Positions 1 to 8,766 of a stretch of 64,000 bases of DNA are shown here, piece by piece (position 1 is the stretch's first letter; each line of letters starts with the position of its first letter). Location of the stretch: the sequence record NC_133255.1. The stretch is one strand, 5' to 3'. Source of the stretch: Escherichia phage vB_EcoS-26175I. The translations under genes and the position numbers were made by a program. The notes under the pieces are model-generated. The model did no database searches, had not been told where the DNA came from, and was given only the letters and a program-made list of their open reading frames with translations.

Positions 1-292
1 AAGATAGGAAGATTGTGCAGTAAGCAGAAGCACTAGGACCGAGCAGGTGCCCAATAACCGTTCCACGACAGTTAGCTATTAGGTTAGATAGCTGTGCAGC
101 AGTATCAACGTAACCACCAGGCCCATTAATCATCAGATTAATTTCATCATCTTCACTAGCCTGCATCAGTATCATTGATAGATCACGATACTCATCCGGT
201 GAGCCTAACTCTTCGTCAAAGAAAAAGGTATACTCATTAGATTGGCGAACAGTGTGAAACAGGTTAGTCTTTTCTTCTTTCTTATTAGTCAT
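1..292 (-). CDS. ClpP-like serine peptidase (S14-like), 5' part only; gene runs past window start
   Basis: ATG at 292 on minus strand, open frame to position 1; translated motif INLMINGPGGYVDTAAQ...GPSAS resembles ClpP INSPGG / GQAAS. Confidence 0.4.
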   Translation of the reverse strand, partial: MTNKKEEKTNLFHTVRQSNEYTFFFDEELGSPDEYRDLSMILMQASEDDEINLMINGPGGYVDTAAQLSNLIANCRGTVIGHLLGPSASAYCTIFLS

Positions 293-304
293 AGTGATCC
301 TTAA

Positions 305-1057
305 TTATCCAACTAGTGGTTCTAGCTCTAAGTCACAGAAGTGGTACACATCGGTACGAAGTGCATCAAGTCCATTGAAGGTATTCTCAAATTTATGAGA
401 AATGTATTTTTCAGGAATACCGCTTTCAGACGGATGATCTGTCTCGATGCGATACTTATTAGTAATACCAGATTCAACCTTAATAAGTATGGAATCCATA
501 TCTAGAGTATTGGTTTCCATGATTAGCTCTCCCTCATTGGGAAAACGCACATCGGTAACGATTGCGACGTCTGGGTCGTCTTTATCGATGGATTGCTCCA
601 GAATTATGAGCCAAATGCGTTCATGCACCAGCTGCCTTCCTAACTCAGTACCTACAAGCTGTAGCATTTTTCTTGGGGAGATAAATACGCTATACAGCGC
701 ATCATCAGCTTGCCCAATTAACTGCTGAGGATCAAGGTATTTTCCTTCAAAAATCGGCCAAACGTACGAGAAGTCCTCAAACTTATCGATACCATACTTA
801 AACCATACGTCTCTAGCTCGCTCCAATTGAGATTGTGTGACCGTAAACCATTGGTCAATCTCTTTTCCCCTGCGCTCTCCCAGAAACTCTGGAGTTACCC
901 CGAGGATTACGGATGCAAGTTCGTAAACGGGTTTAGCAAAACTGTAACGACGAGATAAACACGTTGGGAACGTGTCATTACACCAATCAATCATTAATTC
1001 TGCAACGGTATCTTTTCCCGCACCAGCCTCACCATGTAAACCGACTAATACTGACAT
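305..1057 (-). CDS. deoxynucleoside monophosphate kinase-like P-loop kinase
   Basis: 250 aa ORF; N-terminal P-loop GLHGEAGAGKDT. Confidence 0.5.
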   Translation of the reverse strand: MSVLVGLHGEAGAGKDTVAELMIDWCNDTFPTCLSRRYSFAKPVYELASVILGVTPEFLGERRGKEIDQWFTVTQSQLERARDVWFKYGIDKFEDFSYVWPIFEGKYLDPQQLIGQADDALYSVFISPRKMLQLVGTELGRQLVHERIWLIILEQSIDKDDPDVAIVTDVRFPNEGELIMETNTLDMDSILIKVESGITNKYRIETDHPSESGIPEKYISHKFENTFNGLDALRTDVYHFCDLELEPLVG

Positions 1058-1410
1058 TAATCTTTCCTATTTGTAATGGGTGGATAATAAACTAAGCAAC
1101 GTTTTTCTTGTAAATCTTGACGATAGAAGCAAACCATACCGGTCAGTCGTGAAATGTAAGAGTAAACTGCTTCCTCGCATTTTGCTTTTGCATTCCAATC
1201 TTTGTAAGGTACAACAACTACTACGCCATCTTCACCATTTGTAGCTAATTTCTTTTCGAATTTGAAATCAAAGCTACACGGCTGAAGTCCTTTAGGCCAA
1301 TCTATATGAGCTTGCTTTAACTCATGGGATGGCTCCGGTTTTATTTCTTCTGCACAGCCTGTGATTGTGATTGCGGCTGCGAGCAGTACTCCAAGTTTCC
1401 AGTTAAACAC
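1057..1410 (-). CDS. lipoprotein (possible outer-membrane spanin component)
   Basis: signal peptide with lipobox ITGC; overlaps upstream membrane/coiled-coil ORF. Confidence 0.45.
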   Translation of the reverse strand: MFNWKLGVLLAAAITITGCAEEIKPEPSHELKQAHIDWPKGLQPCSFDFKFEKKLATNGEDGVVVVVPYKDWNAKAKCEEAVYSYISRLTGMVCFYRQDLQEKRCLVYYPPITNRKD

Positions 1411-1790
1411 GCTAATCTTTCCTCGAACTCTTTATTCTGCTTTTTAGCAATTAATGTTACCAATCCAGGCTTTGCAGCGATAACATCTTGACGACTAAGA
1501 GCTTTATCTAACTGCTTAATCTTTTTGTCTAGATCTGCTTGCGAAATATTATTCATTGTGAAATACTGGTTCATTCGAGTCTCACGAAGTTCACTCTCAG
1601 TTTTCACTTTATTAAGAGAAGTCTCTAGAGTGGAGATCTTTTTAGTCGCAACTGCAAGATCACCTGCTAGAGTCTCAACCTTATTAACTAAGTGATAAGC
1701 ACCGAACCCGATGCCTATCGCTAGACCTGCTCCCAGGATATACCACTTACCTTGCCATATTCCTGAAAGAAGTTTTTGTATCAAATCCAT
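1341..1790 (-). CDS. N-terminal TM plus coiled-coil protein (possible inner-membrane spanin)
   Basis: hydrophobic segment WYILGAGLAIGIGFGAY followed by heptad-like charged region; 3' end overlaps lipoprotein ORF. Confidence 0.4.
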   Translation of the reverse strand: MDLIQKLLSGIWQGKWYILGAGLAIGIGFGAYHLVNKVETLAGDLAVATKKISTLETSLNKVKTESELRETRMNQYFTMNNISQADLDKKIKQLDKALSRQDVIAAKPGLVTLIAKKQNKEFEERLACLTGNLEYCSQPQSQSQAVQKK

Positions 1791-2445
1791 GTGCTGCTAA
1801 CCTGTCTTTATCTGATACGGTAATCATATCAGGCTCACCAGTTCCTAGTACACCGAAGATATACTGTTCGAGAACTTGGTGTAAACGGTATAAGTTACTT
1901 TCAATTTCCTGCCACGGAATACCTGACTGGTGGAAACGAATGTTTGTCTGAATTACGAAGTTACGAACATCATCGTTATCGTTCTTCTTAATACCTTTCA
2001 CATATGCAATTGGTACGCGCAGTTCAGATAAGATACGTTCTGCTTTAGGTTTTGCTTCAACCAACATATCTCGCATGGTTTCACGAACATCACCACGATT
2101 CTTGTCTAGTAAGTAAGAACGGGCATGTAATCCCATTTCTTCCATTTTATCAAATACAGCATCGATGTTGAACGTTTTGAAACTGAATGCCGGATGCCAG
2201 CAGGACAGCTCATGTAACCAGTAAACTTCACCTGCAATAAACAGCGGATTTACTGAGTATTCGAAATCACCACGGAAGGATAAGGAACCTTCACGAAACA
2301 CCTGACGATTATGAACAATATTCTTTTCTACATCGTCGGTTACTTTTACTAGCAGCTCTTCAGTTTTACGCTCCCAGACACGATCTGGATCAAATAAACT
2401 ATTCTGCAAATCGTATACATCATTGAACTTTGAAATGATTCTCAT
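1747..2445 (-). CDS. hypothetical protein
   Basis: 232 aa ORF; SD AAGGA upstream; promoter at 2477-2505. Confidence 0.4.
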   Translation of the reverse strand: MRIISKFNDVYDLQNSLFDPDRVWERKTEELLVKVTDDVEKNIVHNRQVFREGSLSFRGDFEYSVNPLFIAGEVYWLHELSCWHPAFSFKTFNIDAVFDKMEEMGLHARSYLLDKNRGDVRETMRDMLVEAKPKAERILSELRVPIAYVKGIKKNDNDDVRNFVIQTNIRFHQSGIPWQEIESNLYRLHQVLEQYIFGVLGTGEPDMITVSDKDRLAAHGFDTKTSFRNMAR

Positions 2446-2476
2446 AAATTATCCTTTTGCCTCAATCTATAAACAT

Positions 2477-2505
2477 ATTATACAATACTTGTGGCATCTG
2501 AGCAA
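2477..2505 (-). promoter_or_regulatory. sigma70-type early promoter (TTGCTC-17-TATAAT)
   Basis: plus-strand attata 2477-2482 and gagcaa 2500-2505. Confidence 0.55.
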
Positions 2506-2526
2506 CTGAAATTTTATTACAAAAAT

Positions 2527-2556
2527 AGCCCAGTCGCAAAATTGCAGGCTGGGCTT
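2527..2556 (-). terminator. hairpin terminator
   Basis: inverted repeat agcccag...ctgggct with T-rich tract on minus strand. Confidence 0.45.
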
Positions 2557-2590
2557 TGTCATTATTATTCTTGCTAGGAGGTGATTATCA

Positions 2591-2980
2591 TCACTCTTGT
2601 TTACTTAATTCTCTAGCACGACGTAGCGATCCAGCGGTTCTCCATAGTTTAATGTCGTCAACAACTTCTTTGTAGGGAGCAATAGTAAGACCTAGCGGCC
2701 CCGCTACCAACAGTCCAAAGAAACCAATTACACGCATGTAAAGCAAGCATTCTTTGGGAGTCATTGACTGGACAGCCTGTCTTTCCTCAGCACTGTCGAA
2801 CTCGTGTTCTTGATCGTCTAAACGTAGGTACTTAATAAACCATTCAGCAGAATATTCATCCAGATGACGAATAACTGCAATAGCATAGCCTAAACCAATA
2901 ATAAACCATGCTGCTACAATGAATAAAATAAAGCTCATGATATCTCCAGTTAAAGTTGAGGTCAGCGACCAACTCACCAC
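2591..2980 (-). CDS. small membrane protein
   Basis: two predicted TM segments; hairpin terminator downstream at 2527-2556. Confidence 0.4.
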   Translation of the reverse strand: MVSWSLTSTLTGDIMSFILFIVAAWFIIGLGYAIAVIRHLDEYSAEWFIKYLRLDDQEHEFDSAEERQAVQSMTPKECLLYMRVIGFFGLLVAGPLGLTIAPYKEVVDDIKLWRTAGSLRRARELSKQE

Positions 2981-3054
2981 TTACCGCACTAAGGGGCACG
3001 ACTCCCTTATCCGTAACAGTTGCAGGTGACGCAACTCGGTCCTACGCGAGTTCT

Positions 3055-3339
3055 TTACTTGCTCTGCATTTCAGCACGGAACTTTTTCATCTTACGAGTT
3101 TTACGGAAGAAGAAATAAGTAGCTACTGGCCCGAACAAGGTGTCCATAATAAGCATACCTGACATAATGAATTTGAACATCTTTTCATCGTCAAATTCTG
3201 CTAATTCTGGCGGACGATATTTGTTTATAACATAAAGAATAACATCTTTATTTTTAGAGATATACAGATCATCAATCAGACTGTAAATCGCGACAACTGC
3301 ACCAATAACAAACCACAAAGCAAATGGAGAGATAATCAT
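3055..3339 (-). CDS. small membrane protein
   Basis: 94 aa ORF with hydrophobic segments. Confidence 0.35.
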   Translation of the reverse strand: MIISPFALWFVIGAVVAIYSLIDDLYISKNKDVILYVINKYRPPELAEFDDEKMFKFIMSGMLIMDTLFGPVATYFFFRKTRKMKKFRAEMQSK

Positions 3340-3629
3340 TTAAGATCCTTTTCGTCAATTAGAATAGTAACAAACAATGGTATACAACCTGGGCACAAAT
3401 ATTTACCAAACTTTTCCATCACATCCCAAAGTGGTAAAGTAATCAGACCATTCTTAACTCTAGGATCTGTATACTCAGCTATTCGTTTATTTGCAAAATC
3501 AGTAGCTAAATCTGAGTTATGCTCGTAGCTATAATCAGTCCAGAATTTAACATGATCCTTTCTAAGATATTCTAGTACAGCATCAGTTGCTGGAATCTGT
3601 ACTAGACTGTTGAGATTTAGCTCTTTCAC
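3336..3629 (-). CDS. hypothetical protein
   Basis: 97 aa ORF, start/stop overlap with neighbours. Confidence 0.35.
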   Translation of the reverse strand: MKELNLNSLVQIPATDAVLEYLRKDHVKFWTDYSYEHNSDLATDFANKRIAEYTDPRVKNGLITLPLWDVMEKFGKYLCPGCIPLFVTILIDEKDLK

Positions 3630-4080
3630 GTTCTTCTCTCCGACGTTTGCGTTCTTTCATCATGTAAGCTGCTACAACTTCATGGTAGTAGTCGTTAATG
3701 TTACCTTCAGGTAAGAAATGCTTAATCGTTTCTAGCTGGCAGACAACACGGTAAAGATGTTTATTTGGTAAACATAATTTCATGCCCATAACAAATCCAG
3801 AGAAGCCTGGAACACTGAACATGGGTTGGGCTTCTACGTTGCCCTCTGGGTTGATACTAAGTTCAATCGAGATGCCCATTTTCATGCTATAAAGCTGACA
3901 GCCTTCACCATTGCCAAATCTTGACCAAACAGTGAAGTCCTCATCTATCTGATCTTGGATTTCTTCGACTGCATGTTTAATTCTAGGGTCTAAATTACTC
4001 ATCTTCACCTTCAAAGCCGCAGTCATAACGGCAAGTAAAAGAATCAGAACTATTAGTACGTTGAGTAGTGATTTCACCAC
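3583..4080 (-). CDS. hypothetical protein
   Basis: 165 aa ORF. Confidence 0.35.
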   Translation of the reverse strand: MVKSLLNVLIVLILLLAVMTAALKVKMSNLDPRIKHAVEEIQDQIDEDFTVWSRFGNGEGCQLYSMKMGISIELSINPEGNVEAQPMFSVPGFSGFVMGMKLCLPNKHLYRVVCQLETIKHFLPEGNINDYYHEVVAAYMMKERKRRREERERAKSQQSSTDSSN

Positions 4081-4294
4081 GTTTACTAACAGTAATAGCC
4101 GGAGTAGAGAAGTTTTTATTAGTATAGATTTCTACTTTGCCATTACGTTCTTTAACATCACGTACTTTACCATATTCGGTGGTAATGCCGTTCTGCTGAA
4201 CTTTAACATTACCATTTTTCATAGAAACTTTGGTAGATGCCAGAGAACCGAAACTAACTGCTGAGATTACTAGAGCAATAATAAACTTATTCAT
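3995..4294 (-). CDS. secreted protein (signal peptide)
   Basis: internal Met start MNKFIIALVISAVSFGSLAS looks like a signal peptide; longer ORF extends to 4360. Confidence 0.35.
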   Translation of the reverse strand: MNKFIIALVISAVSFGSLASTKVSMKNGNVKVQQNGITTEYGKVRDVKERNGKVEIYTNKNFSTPAITVSKRGEITTQRTNSSDSFTCRYDCGFEGEDE

Positions 4295-4568
4295 CTTCAT
4301 CGTCCTCTTCACAGTCACGGCATACATCATAATCATTGAAAGAATGTTCGTGAGCTTCACACCACCAAGAACAAGAATCGCACAAGAAAATTTCTGTTTT
4401 CTCTATTGCCTGTCCAAGCAGTTCGTCTGCTTCATCTTCGGTGATTTTCAAACTACAAACATCAGCAACACGTTTAACAATCATTTTACCTGCTTCATGA
4501 TAAGACATACAAGTCCCAACAACATCATGCTCAAGTACGTGAACAGCACAGTCTAGGCGAGTTTTCAT
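4287..4568 (-). CDS. Cys-rich acidic small protein
   Basis: 93 aa; SD GAGAGG and early promoter at 4599-4627 immediately upstream. Confidence 0.4.
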   Translation of the reverse strand: MKTRLDCAVHVLEHDVVGTCMSYHEAGKMIVKRVADVCSLKITEDEADELLGQAIEKTEIFLCDSCSWWCEAHEHSFNDYDVCRDCEEDDEDE

Positions 4569-4598
4569 TTCAAAGCCCTCTCATCAATTTATATAAAT

Positions 4599-4627
4599 AT
4601 TATATCAAAAGGAGAGGGTTTTAGCAA
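4599..4627 (-). promoter_or_regulatory. sigma70-type early promoter (TTGCTA-17-TATAAT)
   Basis: plus attata 4599-4604, tagcaa 4622-4627; SD GAGAGG then ATG 4568. Confidence 0.6.
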
Positions 4628-4644
4628 ATGAATTATTTACGAAA

Positions 4645-5040
4645 TTAGTCGTAGCACCACCATAACCCACGCTTACGCAGATCATGATCGCGATTATAGT
4701 CGTAATTTTCTGGATCTTTCATCACACGATGAAGTTCGCGACGGTTTCCCTGACGAACCATTTTGTTAGAATGCCACTTAACATTCCTACTAACAGAATC
4801 CCACCAGTGCCCATCTTTCTTCTCGTTACGGATGATATTTTCCTGAATCTCCTTCTCAATTTCATCCCAAGTTTTAGCCCATGCTTCATTGGATCGAACT
4901 TGATAATACTTCCACTGCTTACCATCCCTATCCGTGTAGATATACGGAATACGGATATTAGTGCTATGAAAATTATAAGTAGAACGATGTGCATCACGCC
5001 AGTGACGATCACCAGATTGTTTACGATATGTACGGCTCAT
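4645..5040 (-). CDS. hypothetical basic protein
   Basis: 131 aa ORF. Confidence 0.35.
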   Translation of the reverse strand: MSRTYRKQSGDRHWRDAHRSTYNFHSTNIRIPYIYTDRDGKQWKYYQVRSNEAWAKTWDEIEKEIQENIIRNEKKDGHWWDSVSRNVKWHSNKMVRQGNRRELHRVMKDPENYDYNRDHDLRKRGLWWCYD

Positions 5041-5098
5041 ATTACCTCCATTAAGTCTTTTAAATTAACTTAATGTGGGCGAACTTCAAAATATAACA

Positions 5099-5284
5099 TC
5101 AGTAATCTCCGTTGTCGTTGTATACTACCCCACTGCTCGGGAGTTCTTCTACTGTCACATCCTCGAATTCTATAGAACTTCTATGGTTTCTAGCCAGTTC
5201 GATTGCTTCTTCTGCAGTTTCTGCAACGACAATAGCTGTACCACCTAACCACAGGCCGCTATAGTTCACTTTAAAAATTTTCAT
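5099..5284 (-). CDS. hypothetical small protein
   Basis: 61 aa ORF. Confidence 0.3.
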   Translation of the reverse strand: MKIFKVNYSGLWLGGTAIVVAETAEEAIELARNHRSSIEFEDVTVEELPSSGVVYNDNGDY

Positions 5285-5348
5285 TTCGAAAATCCTACAT
5301 ACAAGAAAACCCCAGACTACCTATTCAATAGCTGGGGTTTATTATTAA

Positions 5349-5648
5349 TTAGATAATTTCGACAATATCCTGAGTTACAAAACCGTCGAATTCATCAGAG
5401 ATACCACCTGTAAAGGTGATGCCCATAATCATTGCATCCATCTTTTTAATCTCCGAGATTTTCATACCTGCTTTACTATTCTTATAGTATTTGCGAGGAT
5501 TCCCACACATCCAACAAGAACAGATGCAAGGAGTGGTAGTGATAATGCCTAACCGCTTAGGACTTTCTTCATGTGGGAAGACTGTCCAATACTTTTTGCG
5601 ATTGTTTTTCACACGTTGCCGGTGATGGCGTCTTAATGCTCGATCCAC
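5349..5648 (-). CDS. hypothetical Cys-containing small protein
   Basis: 99 aa ORF with CICSCWMC. Confidence 0.3.
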   Translation of the reverse strand: MDRALRRHHRQRVKNNRKKYWTVFPHEESPKRLGIITTTPCICSCWMCGNPRKYYKNSKAGMKISEIKKMDAMIMGITFTGGISDEFDGFVTQDIVEII

Positions 5649-5729
5649 ACATTTCTCCTAAAACTTGGGAGATAAATGGAGTTTGCTCGACTACCTTGCG
5701 TAGCTGGGAGAAATCGTATCCAAATCCCA

Positions 5730-6098
5730 TTATATCGCCTGAGTAAATGTACGACTAATAACGTCGTTCTGTTGTTCACGCGTCAATGCGTTAAATCGAA
5801 CAGCATAGCCAGAGACACGGATGGTCAACTGAGGATATTTTTCAGGATGTTTCTGTGCATCCAAAAGCTGATCACGGCTTAACACATTGACATTTAGGTG
5901 CTGACCACCCTCGACTTGAGGAACCACTTCCACATCTACAATGCGAAAGGCCTCAGGGTCAAAGTGAGGTGTGATACCTTCTAGATCTTCGACTAGAACT
6001 TTCTGTTTAAGTTCACCATCTTTAGAATATAGTTGAATGATCTGATTGTTATGAACAATGTTAATTACGCCAGACTTAAGACTTTGATATGCTTTCAT
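5730..6098 (-). CDS. grcA: autonomous glycyl radical cofactor (GrcA/YfiD-like)
   Basis: C-terminus [12 protein letters not shown]...[27 protein letters not shown] carries the glycyl-radical RVSGY motif and closely matches enterobacterial GrcA. Confidence 0.85.
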   Translation of the reverse strand: MKAYQSLKSGVINIVHNNQIIQLYSKDGELKQKVLVEDLEGITPHFDPEAFRIVDVEVVPQVEGGQHLNVNVLSRDQLLDAQKHPEKYPQLTIRVSGYAVRFNALTREQQNDVISRTFTQAI

Positions 6099-6462
6099 TA
6101 GATCTCCCTGATGTTAGAATTTGGCTCAGCTTTTTGTTAACCCAGAAGCAAGATAAAAACTGGAAGGCAGGCTTGCTTATTAAGTGAATACCCGATAATC
6201 GCTCGTAGTCCGGCTTGTGGATTGATAGTCCCATTCAGTTTAATAAGCACAGGAGCTTTGATTTTAACGTTGCGATCTCCTGGTCTGTTGCAACTACGTG
6301 ATTGCTCACGCTAAGACAATGGCTATCTAAAGTCCTAGCTTCTACATTTATACTCCTGGATAGCATGGAGTTGCAGTCTACTTCCTGCTGTCACGCCCGG
6401 CCATTTATAGAATGTGGACTCTCTTCTCAGCAGGATCTGGTACAAAGACCTGATCCTCTGTT

Positions 6463-6538
6463 TGGTAGTTAGTAGTGGATTTGAACCACTGTAGTCGCCC
6501 CGTATGAAGGAGGTGCATAACCACTCTGCCAACTAACT
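6463..6538 (-). tRNA. tRNA-Met/Ile2 (anticodon CAT)
   Basis: minus-strand cloverleaf: T-arm agtgg-atttgaa-ccact, 7-bp acceptor, anticodon loop ttCATac; TGG (CCA rc) encoded. Confidence 0.55.
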
Positions 6539-6544
6539 ATAATT

Positions 6545-6620
6545 TGGTACTCCGAGTTGGAATCGAACCAACGTTTGACGATTATCGGTCGCCCGTTCTA
6601 ACCTATTGAACTATCAGAGC
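6545..6620 (-). tRNA. tRNA-Ile (anticodon GAT), loop ccGATaa with C33
   Basis: T-arm gttgg-aatcgaa-ccaac, acceptor pairs with GU, D-arm gttc/gaac; anticodon loop has C at position 33. Confidence 0.55.
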
Positions 6621-6621
6621 A

Positions 6622-6888
6622 TTAATACGGGTACTTGGCTCTTTTCACTGCTCTTTCAAATTCTCTAATATGTTCTCTAGAGAGTGCAGATAAATCAAAG
6701 GCACAAGATACTAAACGTTCTTTCTTGAAGAATCCTAAATAAAAGGAGGCTGTTATACATTGCGTAGGTCTAGCAAAGATCTTGTAAACTCCGGATTTAG
6801 GGATTCCCATACCCTTTTGATAATTACTGCCATTTGTAGGCCCAGCCATTAAGTTTTTGGGTACTAAGTCAAAACGTATTTTAATCAT
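6622..6888 (-). CDS. hypothetical protein
   Basis: 88 aa ORF. Confidence 0.3.
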   Translation of the reverse strand: MIKIRFDLVPKNLMAGPTNGSNYQKGMGIPKSGVYKIFARPTQCITASFYLGFFKKERLVSCAFDLSALSREHIREFERAVKRAKYPY

Positions 6889-7178
6889 CGCATAATATCC
6901 AAATAAGATTCATAACGATAGTCTGTTAGGCCTTCCTCCGTCACCGTAACCTTCACTGGAGGTACCCGACGAACTAAACCATGAATCATCTTGTACTGAA
7001 TAGACTTAGATGGTTCGTGATCTTTTGGAAATACTTGTTTAACCGTTACTACTTTGAAGCCTTCACGAGGTGTTAGCACAACAACTTGATCACCTTCTTT
7101 TATTTTCCAAGACTCAGGAAATTCGTAAGTATAGCGTTGACCACCAGTTTGGAACACGACAGAAAGATAACGTTTCAT
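6885..7178 (-). CDS. hypothetical protein
   Basis: 97 aa ORF; promoter 7208-7236 upstream. Confidence 0.35.
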   Translation of the reverse strand: MKRYLSVVFQTGGQRYTYEFPESWKIKEGDQVVVLTPREGFKVVTVKQVFPKDHEPSKSIQYKMIHGLVRRVPPVKVTVTEEGLTDYRYESYLDIMR

Positions 7179-7207
7179 TTGGTTTCCCTCTCATTAATTT
7201 ATATAAA

Positions 7208-7236
7208 TATTATAACAAGAAATAAGAGAGAAGGCA
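7208..7236 (-). promoter_or_regulatory. sigma70-type early promoter
   Basis: same conserved element (caatttatataaatattata...gcaa). Confidence 0.55.
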
Positions 7237-7255
7237 AATGAATTTTTTAAATTTG

Positions 7256-7327
7256 ATGCTCCCACCAGGAATCGAACCCAGTTCAGATGCTTACAAGGCA
7301 ACTGCATCGCCAGCAATGCTTTAGGAG
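7256..7327 (-). tRNA. tRNA-Thr (anticodon TGT)
   Basis: T-arm with aatcgaa loop, acceptor gctccca/taggagc, anticodon loop ctTGTaa; no encoded CCA. Confidence 0.55.
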
Positions 7328-7494
7328 CATTAACCCGTTATTTCAACGGGATTTCTTTTTCATATACAGGAGACTTATCAGACATTACTGTCCTAGCCAA
7401 CTGCTGTAGAAATTCGAAGGAGAGTTTTAAACGTTCTTCACCCAACTCAACCTCAACGCACTTCATTTGTTTATCAACCTTTAGCTTTAGATTA

Positions 7495-7716
7495 TCAGCC
7501 ATCTTCGGATTCTCTTTGCTCAGCTATTGCTAGCCAGTTTGGTAAAAGAAACTTCGTACGAAATTCTTCATATGTTTCTTCTGGATGAAAGCTATAACCT
7601 TGCTTTTCATCATTTAATAAAACCGAACCGTCTTCCTGTTCATAAGCTCGGTATGTTTCACCAATAATTAAAACTCGTCTATTAGGATTTTTATTACGAA
7701 ACTCAAAAACGTGCAT
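7495..7716 (-). CDS. hypothetical protein
   Basis: 73 aa ORF. Confidence 0.3.
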   Translation of the reverse strand: MHVFEFRNKNPNRRVLIIGETYRAYEQEDGSVLLNDEKQGYSFHPEETYEEFRTKFLLPNWLAIAEQRESEDG

Positions 7717-7741
7717 AACGTTTCCTTAAATTGGTGCGGGA

Positions 7742-7816
7742 TACGAGAGTCGAACTCGTGTCTACTGGTTGGAAGCCAGTTATTCTAGCCACTGAACTAA
7801 TCACGCATGAATTGGC
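7742..7816 (-). tRNA. tRNA-Gly (anticodon TCC)
   Basis: T-arm acgag-agtcgaa-ctcgt, anticodon stem actgg/ccagt, loop ctTCCaa. Confidence 0.7.
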
Positions 7817-7822
7817 TGGAGA

Positions 7823-7898
7823 AGGAGGAATCGAACCTACCATTAACGGAGTCAAAGGCCGTTGTGCTAACCGTTACACTACTCTCCAAGTATTTGGC
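7823..7898 (-). tRNA. tRNA-Gln (anticodon TTG)
   Basis: T-arm with aatcgaa loop; anticodon loop ctTTGac. Confidence 0.6.
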
Positions 7899-7904
7899 TG
7901 GGAT

Positions 7905-7980
7905 GCCACGGATCGAACGTGGAACCTTCGGAGTCAGAGGCCGACGATCTGCCAATTGATCTACATCCCAATAATTTTTT
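7905..7980 (-). tRNA. tRNA-Gln (anticodon CTG)
   Basis: T-arm ccacg-gatcgaa-cgtgg, perfect acceptor tgggatg/catccca, loop ctCTGac. Confidence 0.6.
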
Positions 7981-8179
7981 ATTCTACAGGAACCGTGGCG
8001 ATTGGATCAGGTTCTTCTAGACGTTTACCATTATGATCAACACGAATAATACCACAACCCTCACAGATTACAACAGCACCATAGCCTTCTTTAACTTCGG
8101 CTTCTGTAATCAGCCCAGAAAGATCACCAGTATCTTTTCCCCACATATCAATGGAACATTCTTTGCAGAAATCAGCCAT
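7979..8179 (-). CDS. Cys-rich small protein (zinc-ribbon-like)
   Basis: 66 aa with CxxC...CxxC. Confidence 0.3.
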   Translation of the reverse strand: MADFCKECSIDMWGKDTGDLSGLITEAEVKEGYGAVVICEGCGIIRVDHNGKRLEEPDPIATVPVE

Positions 8180-8203
8180 ATTTTATTTCCCGTTTAAGTT
8201 AGT

Positions 8204-8278
8204 TGGTGCATCCTCAGGGAATCGAACCCCGATCGTAAAGTTCGTAGCTTTACATTCTTTCCATTGAAATAAGGACGC
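8204..8278 (-). tRNA. tRNA-Arg (anticodon ACG)
   Basis: T-arm with aatcgaa loop; anticodon stem taaag/cttta, loop ctACGaa. Confidence 0.7.
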
Positions 8279-8284
8279 AATATT

Positions 8285-8361
8285 TGGGGTGACTAGTGGA
8301 ATTCGAATCCACATAGGCCTGATTCACAATCAGGATCATTAACCAATTATGATATAGCCAC
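8285..8361 (-). tRNA. tRNA-His (anticodon GTG)
   Basis: T-arm gtgga-attcgaa-tccac; anticodon stem cctga/tcagg, loop ttGTGaa; 74-nt body consistent with the extra 5' G-1 of tRNA-His. Confidence 0.75.
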
Positions 8362-8676
8362 AATTGAAATCTCTAGTTATCCCTTTCGTAGGGGCTAAAG
8401 GGCGATACCCATCCTAAAGACTTCAATTGTGGCGGCTCTCCGAAACTCATCACACTAACAACTAGTTGATTACTTCTGGATTCTCGCCCAGAAAATTCTC
8501 TAGAAAGGTGCACCGTTACTCTTTGAGCCATTGAATATCAAGAAGTAGAAGGACTCGAACCTTCACGAGATAGACCATTTATCTCAGCCTCGTTTTCGGG
8601 TATCTTATGAGGAGTGGATGTTCCCCTTACGCCCTTTAGGAAGCCCCGTCTACCGATTCCGGCATACTTCAAGATT

Positions 8677-8766
8677 TGGCAGAAGATAATGGAGTCGAAC
8701 CATCACCGTATCACTACAGCGGGCCGGTTTTCAAGACCGGTTACGTACCACTACGTCCTATCTTCT
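8677..8766 (-). tRNA. tRNA-Ser (anticodon TGA), long variable arm
   Basis: 87-nt body; acceptor agaagat/atcttct; anticodon stem ccggt/accgg, loop ctTGAaa. Confidence 0.7.

Noticed and set aside
1057-1410. Lipoprotein as a receptor-blocking lytic-conversion lipoprotein
   Set aside because: It is longer than expected for that family and overlaps a coiled-coil membrane ORF, which fits a spanin-like arrangement better.
6335-6532. Minus-strand 65-aa ORF
   Set aside because: Overlaps the tRNA at 6463-6538 and has no promoter or RBS context; likely spurious.
7731-8036. Plus-strand ORF of 101 aa, and similar ORFs at 8614-8817, 11668-11853, 12100-12327 and 16087-16305
   Set aside because: They lie antisense across minus-strand tRNA genes, have no RBS, and their reading frames are just the reverse complement of tRNA stems and loops.
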